Positions 1 to 13,019 of a stretch of DNA of 64,000 nt are shown here, piece after piece. The stretch lies in assembly GCF_009834535.1 (NCBI RefSeq), contig NC_045697.1:111168001-111232000 (forward strand), written 5' to 3'. Within the stretch, counting starts at the first letter, position 1. Every line of letters begins with the position of its first letter. The position numbers were made by a program, and so were the translations under genes. A model generated the notes under the pieces. That model made no database searches. It had not been told where the DNA came from and saw nothing but the letters and a program-made list of their open reading frames with translations. The stretch comes from Camelus ferus (lineage: Eukaryota).

Positions 1-82
1 ACACTTTCAAAATCTTATTCCTCAAGGGCTCCAGCCACTGTCTTCTGCAGCACCTCGACTGGCAGCTGCGCCCTTGAACGAG
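1..82 (-). pseudogene. Candidate exon (3'-most in window, may run off edge)
   Basis: ccctggtcttgtag|CTC GTT CAA..., phase 0: LVQGRSCQSRCCRRQWLEPLRNKILKV. Confidence 0.55.
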
Positions 83-484
83 CTACAAGACCAGGGATGG
101 CAAAACCTCATTTAACTCAGAAAGCGTTTATGAAATCATTTCCATGCGCCGGGCAGAAAGCAAGCCTGTGTGGGAAGAGTGGAGAAACAGAATTTGGTTT
201 GCGTGGTCGGTGCCCTAAGGAGCTCATTCATATAATCATATGGAATTAAAATGCTAACAGCATTATTGTCAGATATATAATCCAATTTGTCACAAAAAAT
301 AGATGAAAACTTTTTTTTTTCTCTGACTTAGCAAGCCTCCTGACAATTTGATTGATTTTATGCCTTTTTCCCTCTTCTTTGCCCATTATCTGAGAGAAAT
401 TATACAGTGGAAAGACCCAAAACCTCTAATGAAAGGTTGAAGAAAAGACTGAGGGCTGGGAAAAAAATAAACCGGAATAGTTAC

Positions 485-526
485 CTCATTTATACCCAGA
501 GACTCATTAAGGTCTCCCTGCCTTTC
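485..526 (-). pseudogene. Candidate exon, 42 nt, phase 0-0
   Basis: cctcttgcag|GAA...GAG|gtaact; ERQGDLNESLGINE. Confidence 0.7.
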
Positions 527-634
527 CTGCAAGAGGAAAACAGAGCTGTGATTGATTCATTCAGATGTTAGATTTTGCTAATTGTTACAAGCCCTAGGGT
601 TTAGCACTGAAATAACCAACTCTTTCTGAATTAC

Positions 635-707
635 CAGGTCTCTTCAACTCTCTGCTTTACTTTGAATGAAAATATCTGCTTTCTTCATGACTCCTTCTGA
701 ATAATTC
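635..707 (-). pseudogene. Candidate exon, 73 nt, phase 2-0, in-frame TGA
   Basis: ttttcccag|G AAT...CTG|gtaatt; NYSEGVMKKADIFIQSKAES*RDL. Confidence 0.7.
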
Positions 708-1068
708 CTGGGAAAATGCTGAAATCAAGTCTCCGATGAGACAATACAAAGTCCTAACTATTAAATGAAATCAATGGACATGATGAATATTTAACTATTT
801 AATGATGTGTTCTCAGAAAAAGACCAAACATAGACGCTCCCAGATGGCAAAGAAGCACACTTGACTTTTGCCTATAACAACACTTGACTCGCTCACTGAA
901 GCTTTTCAGTGGCTTCTCGTCTCCTTCGAGGGGAGGCCTTACACGGTCAGGACCAGCAGGTCCCCCAGCACAATATGCACGGTAATTTTTGCTACTATAA
1001 TGATAATCATATATGGAATAGTTTGCTTTCAGTTCAGAATTAAATAGTGACTTTTAAAATATCAATGA

Positions 1069-1130
1069 GGACACCAGAAATTAACACATTGTAGCTGACT
1101 ATACTTCAATTAAAAAAATAATTTAAAAAA
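1069..1130 (+). mobile_element. Very short 5'-truncated L1 3' tail
   Basis: ACACCAGAAATTAACACATTGTAGCTGACTATACTTCAAT plus A-rich tail, matching the 3' end of the L1 ending at 51030; degenerate TSD aaaatatcaatga / aaaataccagtga. Confidence 0.75.
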
Positions 1131-1848
1131 AATACCAGTGACCTCATTACCACATTTGTAAAGATTTTGACAGGATGCTAAAGAGACAGTGTCTACAAAG
1201 GTTTTTCTTTCAAGTTGGTGTCATTCTTCTGGCAAAAGAAAAAATTCAGTTAGACAGTTTGTAGAATGCAAATTCCATGAGGGGTTTTTTTTTTTTACCC
1301 TTAAAAACAATAAATTGAATATAATTATTTCAAAGAAACTTCTCATTTAGTGAAAAAGAGATTTTTTTTCAGTCACTTGATATCGTGGAATCAATTGTGT
1401 CAAAACCAAACTTATGAAATATGTGACAGAAGATATTCACCAAGGTGTGTGGACACTCGGTTTACAGTTTTTCCTTTCATGTTAAAACTGAAAGACCTTC
1501 CTGGTGGGTACAGCCCTGTCCCTCACCCACCAGTGAGGGAGCCGGGCAGGAAGGAGGCGAGCTGGGCCTGGGGACCCTCTGCTGCTCCGACCACCACCCA
1601 GAGGGCACGGCCCCCAGTTGCTCAGGGCGCCATGGGCAGAGCCCTGGTTCCAAGGACTGATCCTGTGGCAGTGAACAGGATTTCCTCTGCGTGTCTACAC
1701 GGTCCCAGTCTCCAGGCTTCTTATGTCGAAAGGTCTCAGTAGAACCGTTGGCTCTCCTCGGATTTCTAAGGCTGGGCCTCTTTTACAGTTTTGTTTGGCC
1801 AGTGTAGTTTCCCTCTCTCCTACATTTGTCTGCAGTGACAGATGGAAG

Positions 1849-2407
1849 TGTTAGGTAGTTAGGTATGTGGGGACATCAGGCAGATAAGGTGGAGGAATGG
1901 AGGACGGTCTGGAAGATTGTGGTATGTCGGCCTTCAGCATAAAGGGGCTTTACCGCCTCTAAATGAGAGCCAGCAAGAAACTGGTTAAAACCCGACAGCT
2001 GCAACTGTGCAGGAGTGACAAGGACCTGAGCAGACATGACCCAATGCTCATAGTAATAAAATTAGCACTGCAATTTAGTGCCTCCCTCCCGCCACGGGTT
2101 TTTCTGTGTGCCTCAAGGGTGAGGACATGCACAAAAGGGGACAAGCGTGACCAAGCACTCTGAGGGCAAGAGCCATCAACCAACCAAGAGACCCCCTCTA
2201 AGCGAGGGTGTGAGAGAAGGGGGCAAACAGAGACCACTGCTACCTGCCCTGGGATCAGCCCGCCTCCCGTTCTTGGAGGGGTACTTTCCCTTTGCTAATA
2301 AATCCTTTAAAATCTTTTGCTACACAACACACCATCTCCCATTCACATTCTTATCTTTCGGATATGACAAAACTGGGGTCTTTTTCCCTTCCCCTTTTAA
2401 GGTAACA
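1849..2407 (+). mobile_element. Solo LTR (ERV1-like)
   Basis: TGTTA...TAACA inverted termini, 4-bp TSD GAAG on both sides, AATAAA ~2297. Confidence 0.85.
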
Positions 2408-2700
2408 GAAGGATCTGGAGACTTGACTTCCTTCTTACCCCTGCAGATAACTGAGGGGAAAAGGACTCAATGTACGACTTGAAAACTGTATCTGAGGTGG
2501 TAGCAATATGTTCCAAGATGAAGGTGAAAGAAATGTGTGACTGTCGCCCACACTTTGATATCTCACCCTCAGTGTGGGCTTCAGAGCAAGCCCATTTCCC
2601 CCCAGAAAGTTTGCTGTTAAGAGCATCCTAATTACGCTGATTAAAAAATCATAAAAAATTTAAGTTGTGGTTGTCCTTTGACATAGAAATAGATGTAAAC

Positions 2701-2782
2701 CTGAGGAGAACATGACCCGGCTCTTTTGCTGGCAGGTGTAGAGAGCTCCCTGCCCTAGAGCAGACGTCTTCCAACCTTGGCC
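2701..2782 (-). pseudogene. Candidate exon, 82 nt, phase 1-2
   Basis: tctcacccag|GG CCA...CTC AG|gtttac; PRLEDVCSRAGSSLHLPAKEPGHVLL; phases fit both neighbours. Confidence 0.6.
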
Positions 2783-3381
2783 CTGGGTGAGACGCACAGA
2801 AGGACTGGAAACTGCTGATGATCAGGCCCATCCACAGATGAATTCTGATTCAGTAGGTTTGGGCTGCAGCTCAGGAATCTTTTTAACAATGAAACCCAGG
2901 CGATGTACATGTAGGTGGGCCGTGGCTCTCTCAGAAGCACTGGCTTAGAGAAGGTGTTCTTGGTCACTGGCAGTGAGAGGCCTGTCACTGTGTAACCTTG
3001 ACAGATTGTACACATTTGAACCAAAAAAAAAAACCTTAAGTGCTTTGCTTAATGAATCCTCACAGAGCAACTCTGAGGTGGGCAGGAGACAGGAAATAAT
3101 ATTCTATAGAGAAGCTAAAGTAATTTACTCAAGGCAACTTAACAAATCTGTGTTTGAACAGGTGTTGGGACTAGAACCCCCAGCCTCCTGGGCCCTGTAC
3201 TCTCTGTACAAGATCTGCCCTTCCAGCACCGTGGAGCACGTGCTGCCCTGCACGGTTCTGCTGGAACAGCACATGATTATTTCTATTGCATCTGTTACAC
3301 AGAGACACACGTCACGTGTCAAATAGCCAGCGACAGTCGAATTTAGAAATGCTACCACTGTCCAGTGCAACCACTACTCAC

Positions 3382-3681
3382 TCCTCAGCCCTCTGTGGTC
3401 TGCATCCCTTCCATTAAGTCATCGAACATGCTCTCACCAAGATCGCTCACAGTTTTTCTTGATGCAAAATCCAAAGAACAGCATTTGAGTCAAATTTATG
3501 GGAGAAACATAATTTTGTCTCACTTCCTGCAGCATAATTCTTGGGATGACGAAAGGCTTTTGATAAGGGATAAATCTACAACTTTATTTAAACATGAGAA
3601 AGGGTGAAATAAGGAAATCAAAAAACTTGAGGAATTGCTGAAAGATGAACAGCAAGTTGGTACAACTGAAGGAGAACTAGT
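3382..3681 (-). pseudogene. Candidate exon, 300 nt, phase 1-1, several stops
   Basis: ccctttctccag| ... AGG A|gtgagt; includes RIMLQEVRQNYVSPINLTQMLFFGFCIKK. Confidence 0.55.
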
Positions 3682-3919
3682 CTGGAGAAAGGGGGGCCAA
3701 TAAACCACATAGAAAAAAAAAACTACCAGAAGTTTCGATGATATTTCAAAGTAAAGAATTAAAAAGACATTCTAACAGCTTTGCCTTGGTTGTTCCCCCT
3801 CACTCTCCCACTAAGCAGAACAGCAGTCTTTATGTGTAGGCTAATCCCTGAGAACTGCTTTCAAAAGCAAGTAGGTAATTTTCTCAGGGGAGTGTTCTTT
3901 TAAGAATAATAGGTCTCAT

Positions 3920-4182
3920 TATGCGTTTGTCAAAACCCATAGAATGTATAACATCAAGAGTGAACCCTAATGTAAACTGTGGACTTTGGTTGGTAATAAT
4001 ATGCCCATGTTGGCTCATCGATTGTACCAAATATGCCACACTGATGAGGGATGTTGAGGGTAGGGGAGTGTGTATGTGCGAAGGGGGAGGCTATGTGGGA
4101 ACTCCATATTTTCTGCTCAGTTCTGTTGTGCACCTGAAACTGCTCTAAAAGAATAAAGTCTATTAAAAATTTAAAAAATAAT
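3920..4182 (+). mobile_element. Old L1 3'UTR fragment (L1MB/L1MC-like)
   Basis: ttgtcaaaacccatagaatgtataaca...gtgaaccctaatgtaaact motif, AATAAA and A tail; TSD aataataggtctcat (3905-3919 / 4183-4197). Confidence 0.8.
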
Positions 4183-4197
4183 AATAATAGGTCTCAT

Positions 4198-4360
4198 CAT
4201 AAGGGAAAGAAATGTGTAACTATGAGCAGTGACGGATGTTAACTGGATGTACTGTGGAAATTATCTCATGATTTATACTAATACTGAAGCACTGCATTAA
4301 ATGCCTGAAGCTAATATAATGCTGTGTGTCAATCACACAGCAATAAAAAAAAAAAAAAGA
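4198..4360 (+). mobile_element. L1 3' end fragment with poly(A)
   Basis: gtaactatg...gacggatgttaact...ctgaagctaatataatgctgtgtgtcaat then A-run. Confidence 0.7.
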
Positions 4361-4399
4361 GTATTGGAGCCTAATTTATGTTGTTATTGAGATAATGAC

Positions 4400-4500
4400 A
4401 TAATTAACAAAAACTACTAACATTAATAAAGCATGTGCTATGTGCCAGGCCCTGTTCTAAGCAGCTTATAAGTACTGACTCATTTAATCTTCATCATAGT
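4400..4500 (-). mobile_element. MIR fragment
   Basis: tgctatgtgccaggccctgttctaagc...actcatttaatcttc, antisense MIR core. Confidence 0.65.
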
Positions 4501-4509
4501 AAAACATAA

Positions 4510-6200
4510 GGGACAAAAAGATATTTGAGAAAAAGCAAAGGAAACAACAAAGATCAATAAGCAGAATGCCTGAGCCCGAAGAAAAAGAAATGCAGGGAAC
4601 AGAGAGAAATTTAAAATACTCTTAATAGCCCCCTCCGGGATACAAGAGAATACTTAATCTATAAAAGGAAAAATAAAGTCTGGTAATAAAATAAGAACAA
4701 TCATAAAAGGAGAATGAGTTCTTGGAAAGCAAATACATGAGCACTGATATCAAACATCTAGTACCTCCATCAGCCAAATCCTGAAATAATCATCCCTCAG
4801 GACTAGATTAATAATCTGGAAGATAAACTCATGAAAATTTTCTAAAACATAGAGCGAAAAGACAAAGAACTTGAAGAACTAAGGGACATGGGGAATGAAT
4901 ATGAGCTCAACTTCCTCTGTCTAACGAAATTTCAGAAAGATAGAACCAGGACAATAAAATAAGGGAACCAAAGAAAAATTTTCTAGGTTGGGCACAAGAC
5001 TCAAATTGAAACGGTTTATCAGACGCAGGACAGTAAAATAAATTTTGCTGGTGGAAGAAAAAAACAATGACAGTAGCAAAATAAGCCTGAAGTATACAGA
5101 AATAAATCCAAACATCTGCTGTGCAAGATATAATAACATAAATAATAATATAATATATTATATATTAAAATAATAAAATAAATAACAAGATTTAATAAAA
5201 TAAATATGATATAATAAAATAAATAATAAATAAGTAAATAATACATATAATAAAATAAATAATACAATAAGATATAATAGAACAAATAAAATAACAATAA
5301 ATAAAAAACAAGATATAATAAAATAAATAATAAATTTCAAAAATAGGACATAAAAGTAGTCCTACTTAGATAGAAAATTCAACTGTCTAAAGGTATTGAT
5401 TCCTCTAAAATTGTTCTACAATTTAATGCAATTCTACTAAAAATCCTAGTAAGAATATGTGCAAAACTTCAAAATGTGATGGTAAAATTCATATAGGAGA
5501 ATAAAGGACCGAGAATAACTAAGATAATTTTGAAGAGGAAGGAGTTGCCTATCAGTTATTAAGACTATTAAGTCTAGAGTCCAAGTACAACTAGGGTAAA
5601 TGAGACCGTGTGGGACTGGCACAGAAGGGGACCACCAATGGGACAGAGCAGAGACCCAGGTGTGTGGAGACTCCATATACTATAGACGTGGGATAAAATC
5701 AACGGGAAAAGATAGGCTGGTTAATAGATTTTTCAAGGACAAGTTATTTTCCATGTTGAACAAATTATGGTCCTTGCTTCACATGACACAGAAAATCAAT
5801 TTGAGGTTGATTAAAAACCAAAATGTGTGAAGTGAAATTTAAAAGGAAAGATAAATAACATTAAACTATATAAAACTACATACTCTACTTGTAAAACTTT
5901 TAAACAGTATCCTGAAAAAAAAATCATATTGGTATATACAGTATTATTTCACATATGTAAAGTTTCATCACTTCAAATTATTTATGGAAAATACGCATAT
6001 AGTGAAAAAAATTAAATCATGCGTAAAAAGGAAACAACGTTAGGAGAGTGGTTCCCTCTAAGGGGGAAAGAGGTGACTAGGACTAGGAAGAGCTAAACAG
6101 GGCCTTCAGATAAATCTGTTATGTTTTACTGTAGCTACAAATGCATGGGTATTAAATTATATGCTATGCTTTGCTTTTATATATGTTTATCGCATTCTGT
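4510..6200 (+). mobile_element. Highly decayed old L1 fragments
   Basis: A-rich strand with ORF2-like relics (atttaatgcaattc; aaaattcatatagga; gataattttgaagagga); boundaries approximate. Confidence 0.55.
5128..5345. repeat. AT-only low-complexity tract ((TAAAA/ATAA)n-like)
   Basis: ~220 bp almost free of G/C; source of spurious Y/F/L/I ORFs. Confidence 0.9.
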
Positions 6201-6597
6201 GAGCCATTTAGCTATTAAGGCAAAAGGCACAGAACTTATTAAAGTGTGTAATGTTTTCTCATAGCAAACAAGTCAACTTCTCTAGCACCTGGGAGTGTCT
6301 CAGCAAGAAATGTCTAATGCTAATTGCTCACACAAATGTTTTAATATGCTCTGAATGAGGATATAACCTCCTATGATGATTATGAGTAAGCACTTTATAT
6401 TCCAAGGGCCTCCTGGGAGGGACAAAAGAAATACGAGTAGAAAACCCCATCCAGCTGTCAGGTTCTGGTTCGCTGAGGCTCTGCCCCTCTGAGCAGCCCT
6501 GGAGGAGCCATTCTCACTCTCTCAGGAAGGAGTTAAACCAACTTTCATCCTGTGTTTGGATTGATTAATGGGAGATCTATTAAAAAAAAAACCCTAC

Positions 6598-6743
6598 TCC
6601 AGGGACCAGAGATAAGTGAAGAAACTGGGAGCAGAAGAGAGCAGGGTTTTCTCTGAAGTATAATATATTTCTCCTCTAATAATGTAGTAAATGAAGTGGA
6701 GTCATCATCATCCACAGACATAGGCAATATTGAGGGCACACAC
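6598..6743 (-). pseudogene. Candidate exon, 146 nt, phase 2-1, open
   Basis: acttag|G TGT GTG...TGG A|gtaggg; CVPSILPMSVDDDDSTSFTTLLEEKYIILQRKPCSLLLPVSSLISGPW. Confidence 0.55.
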
Positions 6744-7340
6744 CTAAGTTCCTACATGATGGGTGAACAGCATGGGTGGGGTCCTGAGGCCCAATAAAGC
6801 CCAGGACAGTCCAGGATTAGACCTTTCAATGGGCACCACAGAGCCCGTGGAAAAGGAACGCCAAGGACCTCATAGGAGCCACCATGGTCCTAACAATAAC
6901 TAGGCATGGAGCTCACAGTGCACACATGGGGATGGACGTTTACTGTTGCTCTTTTATCTCAGTTTGCATTTGAAATAATGCTCTGTTCTCTCTGTATGTA
7001 AAATATAGCCCTTAGCTTCTATACAGCACTTTCAGATACGTGATTTCCTTTCATTCTTACAGCTCCCCAAGGTGGTCGTTTGTGTGTGGTGGTGGTGGGG
7101 AGTCAAAAAAGGGGCAGGAAAGGAGGTCCTGGGGTAATTTCAGGGGCAGGGATGCCTCCTAGGAATGTTCTTTGGCTTCGGCTCAATATCTCAGGTACCA
7201 CCATTAAGGAATTTCTGTCATCCCCAAAATGACCTATCTTATTTCCCTGCTCCAAAACTGAACTCAGGAATGCATTGTTCATTTCAATATAGGAGAAAAT
7301 GACACAACTCTTCCCAAATTCTCTAACAAAAGAAGCTTAC

Positions 7341-7427
7341 AGCCAGCCCTGCTGAGGCTGTGTAACTTGTACACGGAAGCAGTGAGGGAAGACTTCTATG
7401 TCGATTCTTAATCCTCTTATTCCGATC
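7341..7427 (-). pseudogene. Candidate exon, 87 nt
   Basis: tctgccccatag|G ATC...CT|gtaagc; IGIRGLRIDIEVFPHCFRVQVTQPQQGW in phase 2-2. Confidence 0.65.
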
Positions 7428-9069
7428 CTATGGGGCAGAACTTCCTAGGGGAGCGGAAGTACTGGGCTGGCAGCAGGATCACCCACGGTGCTTGCTGAGC
7501 AAAGCTAACTGGACCCCACCACTAGAGAGTCTGACTTAGTAGGTATGAGTCTAGAATCTACTTTTTCCCCCAAAGTTTTATAGGTAATTCTTAGGTATAG
7601 CTAATTTGGGGAATCAATATAGAAGAAAAAGATCAGATCACTGTGGATGCTTAAAGTAAGGGCTTAGGGTACATACTGAACTTATTTTTATTTCAAATAA
7701 GTTTATTATAAAAATGTTTGCAAGGGCTTCCAAATGAAGGGACTTGGAAAATGAGATAGCCTTTACACATTTTTATTTTGGCATTCAATATCATATTATA
7801 AGCAACGTGCTAGAGCTGGCTGGTACAGGTTTGTGAGGCTAATTGTTCAGTTTTCAGGAATTTCACCATTCAGTGGTCACACTTATATTGTAACTTGTAT
7901 TGTATTGTATGTAACCACAAGTTGTTACTTGTTCCTTTAAACTGGCTATTGTAGAAATATTTACACTATTGAAATCAAAAAATGCTATAAAATGGGGGAT
8001 TTTTCTCCTCTGGGGTACTTGTTACAAACTTACCATACACCCCACCAGTTGTAGAGATGTAAGAAATAGTGTATTATAAACATTTTCATCACTCTTTTAT
8101 ATGTTCCAATAGAATCTTCTACCAAGAATATTTGATACTCCATCAACCACAATCCATTTGAAAAATGCAAGACAATCTCTTCTTTAATATACAAAATTTT
8201 TACATTATCCCATCTTCTTCTTGAATTTATATTTCCTTTCAACATTCATCACAGAGTTTTATTCAAATATAATGTTTTAAGCTTGAAAGTCTATTTTTGT
8301 TCATCCTATCACATTTTTCTGTCATAGAATAAGTACAGAAATTTAAATGAGAAATTTAAATTTTCTTCTATGATCACAAGTCTCTAAGTTTTAAAAATTT
8401 TTTCTCAATTGAGGTATCAGTATTATTAGTAGTAGTTGATAACTGATCAAAACAACATATAAATAATGTATAAATAATTACTAATTATAAAAAGTATTTT
8501 TGGAAATGCATCTTTTAATAAAATGGATGGGGCTGTTAAAATTAATTTATGTGGTCAAGGATAAATATTATCTATTACTAGAATGAGGTGGACCCCAGCC
8601 TAAGCTTCATTACTCCTTTTCCTTATTTAATAGAAACACTGAAAGGGGGAAAAAAAAAAAAAAAAGCTTGTTAGAAAACAGATAGGAATGAAAATAATTC
8701 AGTAGAGTTCCTCAGTTCTCTAAATTCCTTCTCAGTTACAGGCCAAAAATCTCATGGCGATCTATTTATCAAAAGTAATTATTTGATGTAATATGATAAC
8801 TTGATTAGGTTCTTTTTCACTTGTGTTGAAGGCAATACTTGGGAAACTATTAAATTCAGAAGGTTTGCCCATAGCAGTCGGTCATTCCCTTTCTCACTGC
8901 CCACTGCAATGTATCTGTTCTTTCATTTCCTTCCAGAGGTTTTCCCACTCCGAGGCGATGCACCATGGTAGGAATGAGGATGGGTAAAAACTGTGCCCTC
9001 GTTTCCTTTGTGGGAAAGTGTGGAAAGGATTACTTTGAAAAGAGAGGCGAGAAAGGAGGGCCTGCTTAC

Positions 9070-9209
9070 AAATCCTCGAACTCATCCACATTAGGAATGA
9101 CCAAAGATGGAAACTGAAGACTGGGAAATTGATTTCTGTGAAACTACTGATGATCTCATGGCCCTGAGACCACCTTCGTGTGTGCCCAGTAGAATGTGTG
9201 CCTGCTTTC
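9070..9209 (-). pseudogene. Candidate exon, 140 nt, frameshifted
   Basis: cattttcacag| ... GAG GAT TT|gtaagc; 3' part reads FHRNQFPSLQFPSLVIPNVDEFED. Confidence 0.65.
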
Positions 9210-9426
9210 CTGTGAAAATGACTGCTCTGCAGCCACTGTGTTCGGCCACACAGACTCAGGGGCCCTGATCTGAACCACCATCCACCCTCCCAGCTCTCTC
9301 TCTTTAGAGGCAAGTAACCTCATTTCTCTGTTGACATATGGAGTGTGGCACACAGCACTTTTACAGATAAGTATTTGCAGCTTACCCAGGTCTGCCTCTC
9401 TATAAATTATGGAATTAACTTTTCCT

Positions 9427-9632
9427 TTTTTTTTTTTTTGAAGTATAGTCAGTTACAATGTGTCAATTTCTGGCATACAGCATAATGCCCCAGTCATACA
9501 TATATGTACATATGTTCGTTTTCATATTCTTTTTCATCATAGGTTATTACAAGATATTGACTATAGTTCCCTGTGCTATATAGAAGAAATTTGTTTTTTA
9601 TCTATTTTTATATATAGTGGTTAGCACTTGCA
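9427..9632 (-). mobile_element. 5'-truncated L1 3' end (young subfamily)
   Basis: poly(T) then gaagtatagtcagttacaatgtgtcaatttctgg; reverse complement of the L1 3'UTR at ~50830-51030. Confidence 0.85.
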
Positions 9633-12600
9633 TTTGGAAACCCTTGCATCTATGACATACAAACATATAAAACAGAGAACTTATATCTGTTTTCATTTTA
9701 AAATTTTAGTCATGAATCAGATATAACTATGTAAAACCTATTCCTTACAAAAGAAGTTTGGTTTAAATTGGGTTTCTGGCAGATAGAACAAATTAAAGTT
9801 GCCCATCTAGATGGCTAAACCTTTTTACTAATATTTGTGAGAAAGAGACGAAATTTTTCTTTGTCCTTAACAAGTAAAGTTCCAAACTATTTAATCTCCC
9901 TTTTTTGAAATTTGCATCTTAAAAGATGGTAAGATCAGAGTTCCTGGAGAAGACAAGGTAGAATATTTGTATCTCAAAGGCACAGGAAGGTAAGTTTCTC
10001 CTAGAAAGACTTTGTTCCCTTAAAGCCAGAAAAAGGAAAAATCTTTCCTCAATACTTGTAAGTCTCTTAAGATAAATAGGAGAGGTTTTGGGAGTGGTAG
10101 ATGGCCTCCCATTTGGCAATCTACTTACAAACACTTTTGAGAATCCTTTTTGGATCTGAGAAGTTTTTAATTACGGTTCTCAGTTCGGCCTTTGATCTGG
10201 AGAGGCTTGCCTAGAGCCCCATGTGGTCCCATTTCTAACTGTAGCCTGATGATAGTAACTGTCAGGGACCTCAGTTTAGACAGCAGGTTTCACTTGAGAA
10301 ACAATGTGGGGTGGAAGGGAACCTCTGGCTTGGGTCTGAGGCAGACTCCCAAAGCCAAGAGCCCAAGAGCAGTCATTTCTCTTGGTGGGTGTCATTCATG
10401 TAAGGGTCTCCATATTGGATTATTGTCTGGACTTTAGCGAGCAGGTCCCTTCCTAATGAGGGGATGAGGCACTCAGCCACCAGCAGAAACTGATGTGCAA
10501 AGGTAAGATTTTCTAGCAGGCAGCTAAAAGGAGGTTGGGGTATGAATTACTTGGTTTGGGGCTTTCCGTCAACCCCCATTATTACACAGGATTGGGAGGA
10601 CAAGTGTCCAGGGACATCAGTCAGCACAGAGTAGCCAGTTCCTGCATCTAATAAGAAAAACACTTTTCTACCTGCCACGTCAAGGGTTACCGAAGTCTTC
10701 TCTAGAGAAATGACCAGGTGTCCTTTGGGAACCAGGGAGTTCCTGGGCCCCATCAGTCTTCAGTCAGCTCAGCCATCATTGGTTTGGGAGCCCCCTCTTC
10801 CAGACCTGGGGCAGCCCCTCTTCCAGTGGCCTTTTTGTTTGCATATGGGGCAGGGTCCTGATGGACTTTTCCCAAACATGGGGCATTCATCCTTGTAGTT
10901 GCCCCTCCTGGCTGCACTTAAAACAGGTCCCTTCTCAGCAAGACAGTGGCTCTGATTCAGGCGTCCTGGATCTTGTCCTTGCCATGTGTCTTCACAAGCG
11001 CAGGTAACCCTGAGGTGATGCAGGAGTTAGGGCTGCCGCTAAAAACTGTGCCTTTTGCTGTTGTCCCTGAATCCTTTCTGCCTCTTTAACACTGTCTCTA
11101 TTGTTAAATACTCCAAAAGCCAAATCCATAAGCTGATTCATGGGGGTCTGGGGTCCCCAGCTGCCCAGAAGGAGCCTTAGGGGTAGATGATTGGGAAGAC
11201 CGTCTCCCCTCAGGTCAGGGGAGGTGAAAGTTCCCGGCTGTGGCCCTCGGGGAGGTGAACCTGTACGGGGTCATCTGAAACACTGAGCTCCTGTAAAAGA
11301 CGCTTTGGAGGGGTGGGAGGCAGGCATTCCCAGCAGGAGTTCCTTAAACCTGAGCCTTGGAATCAGGTCAGGGACACTTGGACATACAGGACTTCTCCTG
11401 TTTACCTTCTTTTTGTGGTTCAATGATGCAGCTGGAAAAAGTGACCACAGCTCCAGGGCCTAATCTTTCAGAGAGGGAGGGAGAAGGCCTAGGCCTGAGT
11501 CAACTAAGTGGATTATCTTCTGCAAAAGAATGGGAAACAAATAGAACCAAAAGGCAGGGCTAGAGCGCAACAAGGCAGTGAAAATGAGCCTCAGGTATCA
11601 ACAGACAGTCAGTCTGAGGAGCCAGGACGGAGGAGGATGTAAGAGAAATCCAGGGCACAGAGGGAAGGTGGACAGCCAAGATGCTTCCCAGAGGAGAAGC
11701 GAGTTGACAGGAAGGTGTACACAGCGCTTCCTAGATCAGAGCTCCGTGGGCCCACTGAGGGAGTGCCCGCCCTAACTCCCACTCAGGGGTGTAATGAAAC
11801 CACGACCGCAAGAGGGGTGCCAAGACCCGTGACCCGTGAAGGGAGTGTTTGCCTGTGACACCCACTCAAGGGTGCATAAACCCATGACCCCACCCAGGGG
11901 TGCAAAAACCCCTGACCCGTGGAGAGAGTGTTTGCTGGCAACTCTCACTCAGGGGTGCAAAAAAAAAACGTGATCTGCAAAGGGAGTGCCTGCCTGCAAT
12001 TCCAGCCTACAGATGCAATGTGGCCTTACGCCTGGAGGGCACTCGGGGAGGGTCGGGCTGCAACTTTTTAAAGGGGAAATACCAGAGTCTCCTAATTTGG
12101 GCCCCCTTTCGTGGTTCCAGATCCTGGAACCTGACTGAGACTAAGACCACATAGGAAAGCGGAATTAGGCTCAAGGAACCACAGAGGGGAAGTTCGCTCA
12201 ACCAGGTTGCCGATTACTTGCCACATGGTCTTAGTTTGGATGTCCAAGTGGTCCCCTTGGTGGATCTTCTCGAGTCCCAAGAGATAGAGTGTTAGGGGAG
12301 AATGAGAAAGGATCAAGGGGAGAAAAGCCTGGGGCTCAGTGGGCTCCTTCATCAGTAGAAAGCCGGTCTCTGCCGGATCCTGCAGGCAGTGTCAGCCGCC
12401 ACCTAAGGGCTACTTGAATCTGCATGGCCTGGAAGAAACCCCCTGCCACCCCTCAAAGAGAGGGGAACAGCAGCCCATTAGGCAGATGGAGATTATGCCC
12501 TTTGAGCCCTGTTTCTTTATTTAAAGGCCCCATGATGGGCACCAGAGAGATGATACAGGGGAAGAAAAAATGAATATAGGGAGTGGGGAGGTAGGAGGGC

Positions 12601-12880
12601 CGTGTGCCAGGTCTTCTGTGAGCCCCTGGGATGAGCCCACCAAGTGTGGGTCCTTGGCTTCACGTGGGAAAGAATTTAAGAGCGAACCCCAGTTGAGTAA
12701 AGGCAGATTTATTTAGAGAGATACATGCTGTGTAGAGTGCAGGCTGTCTCAGAAGGCGAGAGAAAGGCCACGAGGTGTGGGGGTCGCCGGCTCAGTTTAA
12801 AGTAAAAGCAGGTACGTACCCCATGGACAGAGTGCGGGCCATCTTCGAAGACGAGGGAGTGAGAGAGGCGCCTGGAACTA
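9633..12880 (-). mobile_element. Class I (ERV1) proviral relic: partial 5' LTR, PBS, leader, gag and protease remnants
   Basis: Protease-like VTLDVAGRKVFFLLDAGTGYSVL (10547-10753). Two gag Zn knuckles: CPICKQKGHWKRGC ~10805-10860 and CFKCSQEG..KDEC ~10880-10925. LTR edge tgataca at 12551, then PBS-like TGGTGCCC on minus. Confidence 0.85.
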
Positions 12881-13019
12881 ACTTTCTAATGAACAAATAA
12901 GTATACACAAATTTAACTTTATTGGTCATAGAGACAAAGCCTAATGTGCAGGAGTTACAGGTTAAGTTGGATGATCCCATGATCTATTGTAATATTAAAA
13001 GCTCTTCAATGTCTTTTAC

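Noticed and set aside
1350..1742. 130-aa plus-strand ORF
   Set aside because: Non-ATG start, no motif and no supporting splice structure.
4921..5340. Hydrophobic Y/F/L/I-rich ORFs
   Set aside because: They are translations of an AT-only low-complexity tract.
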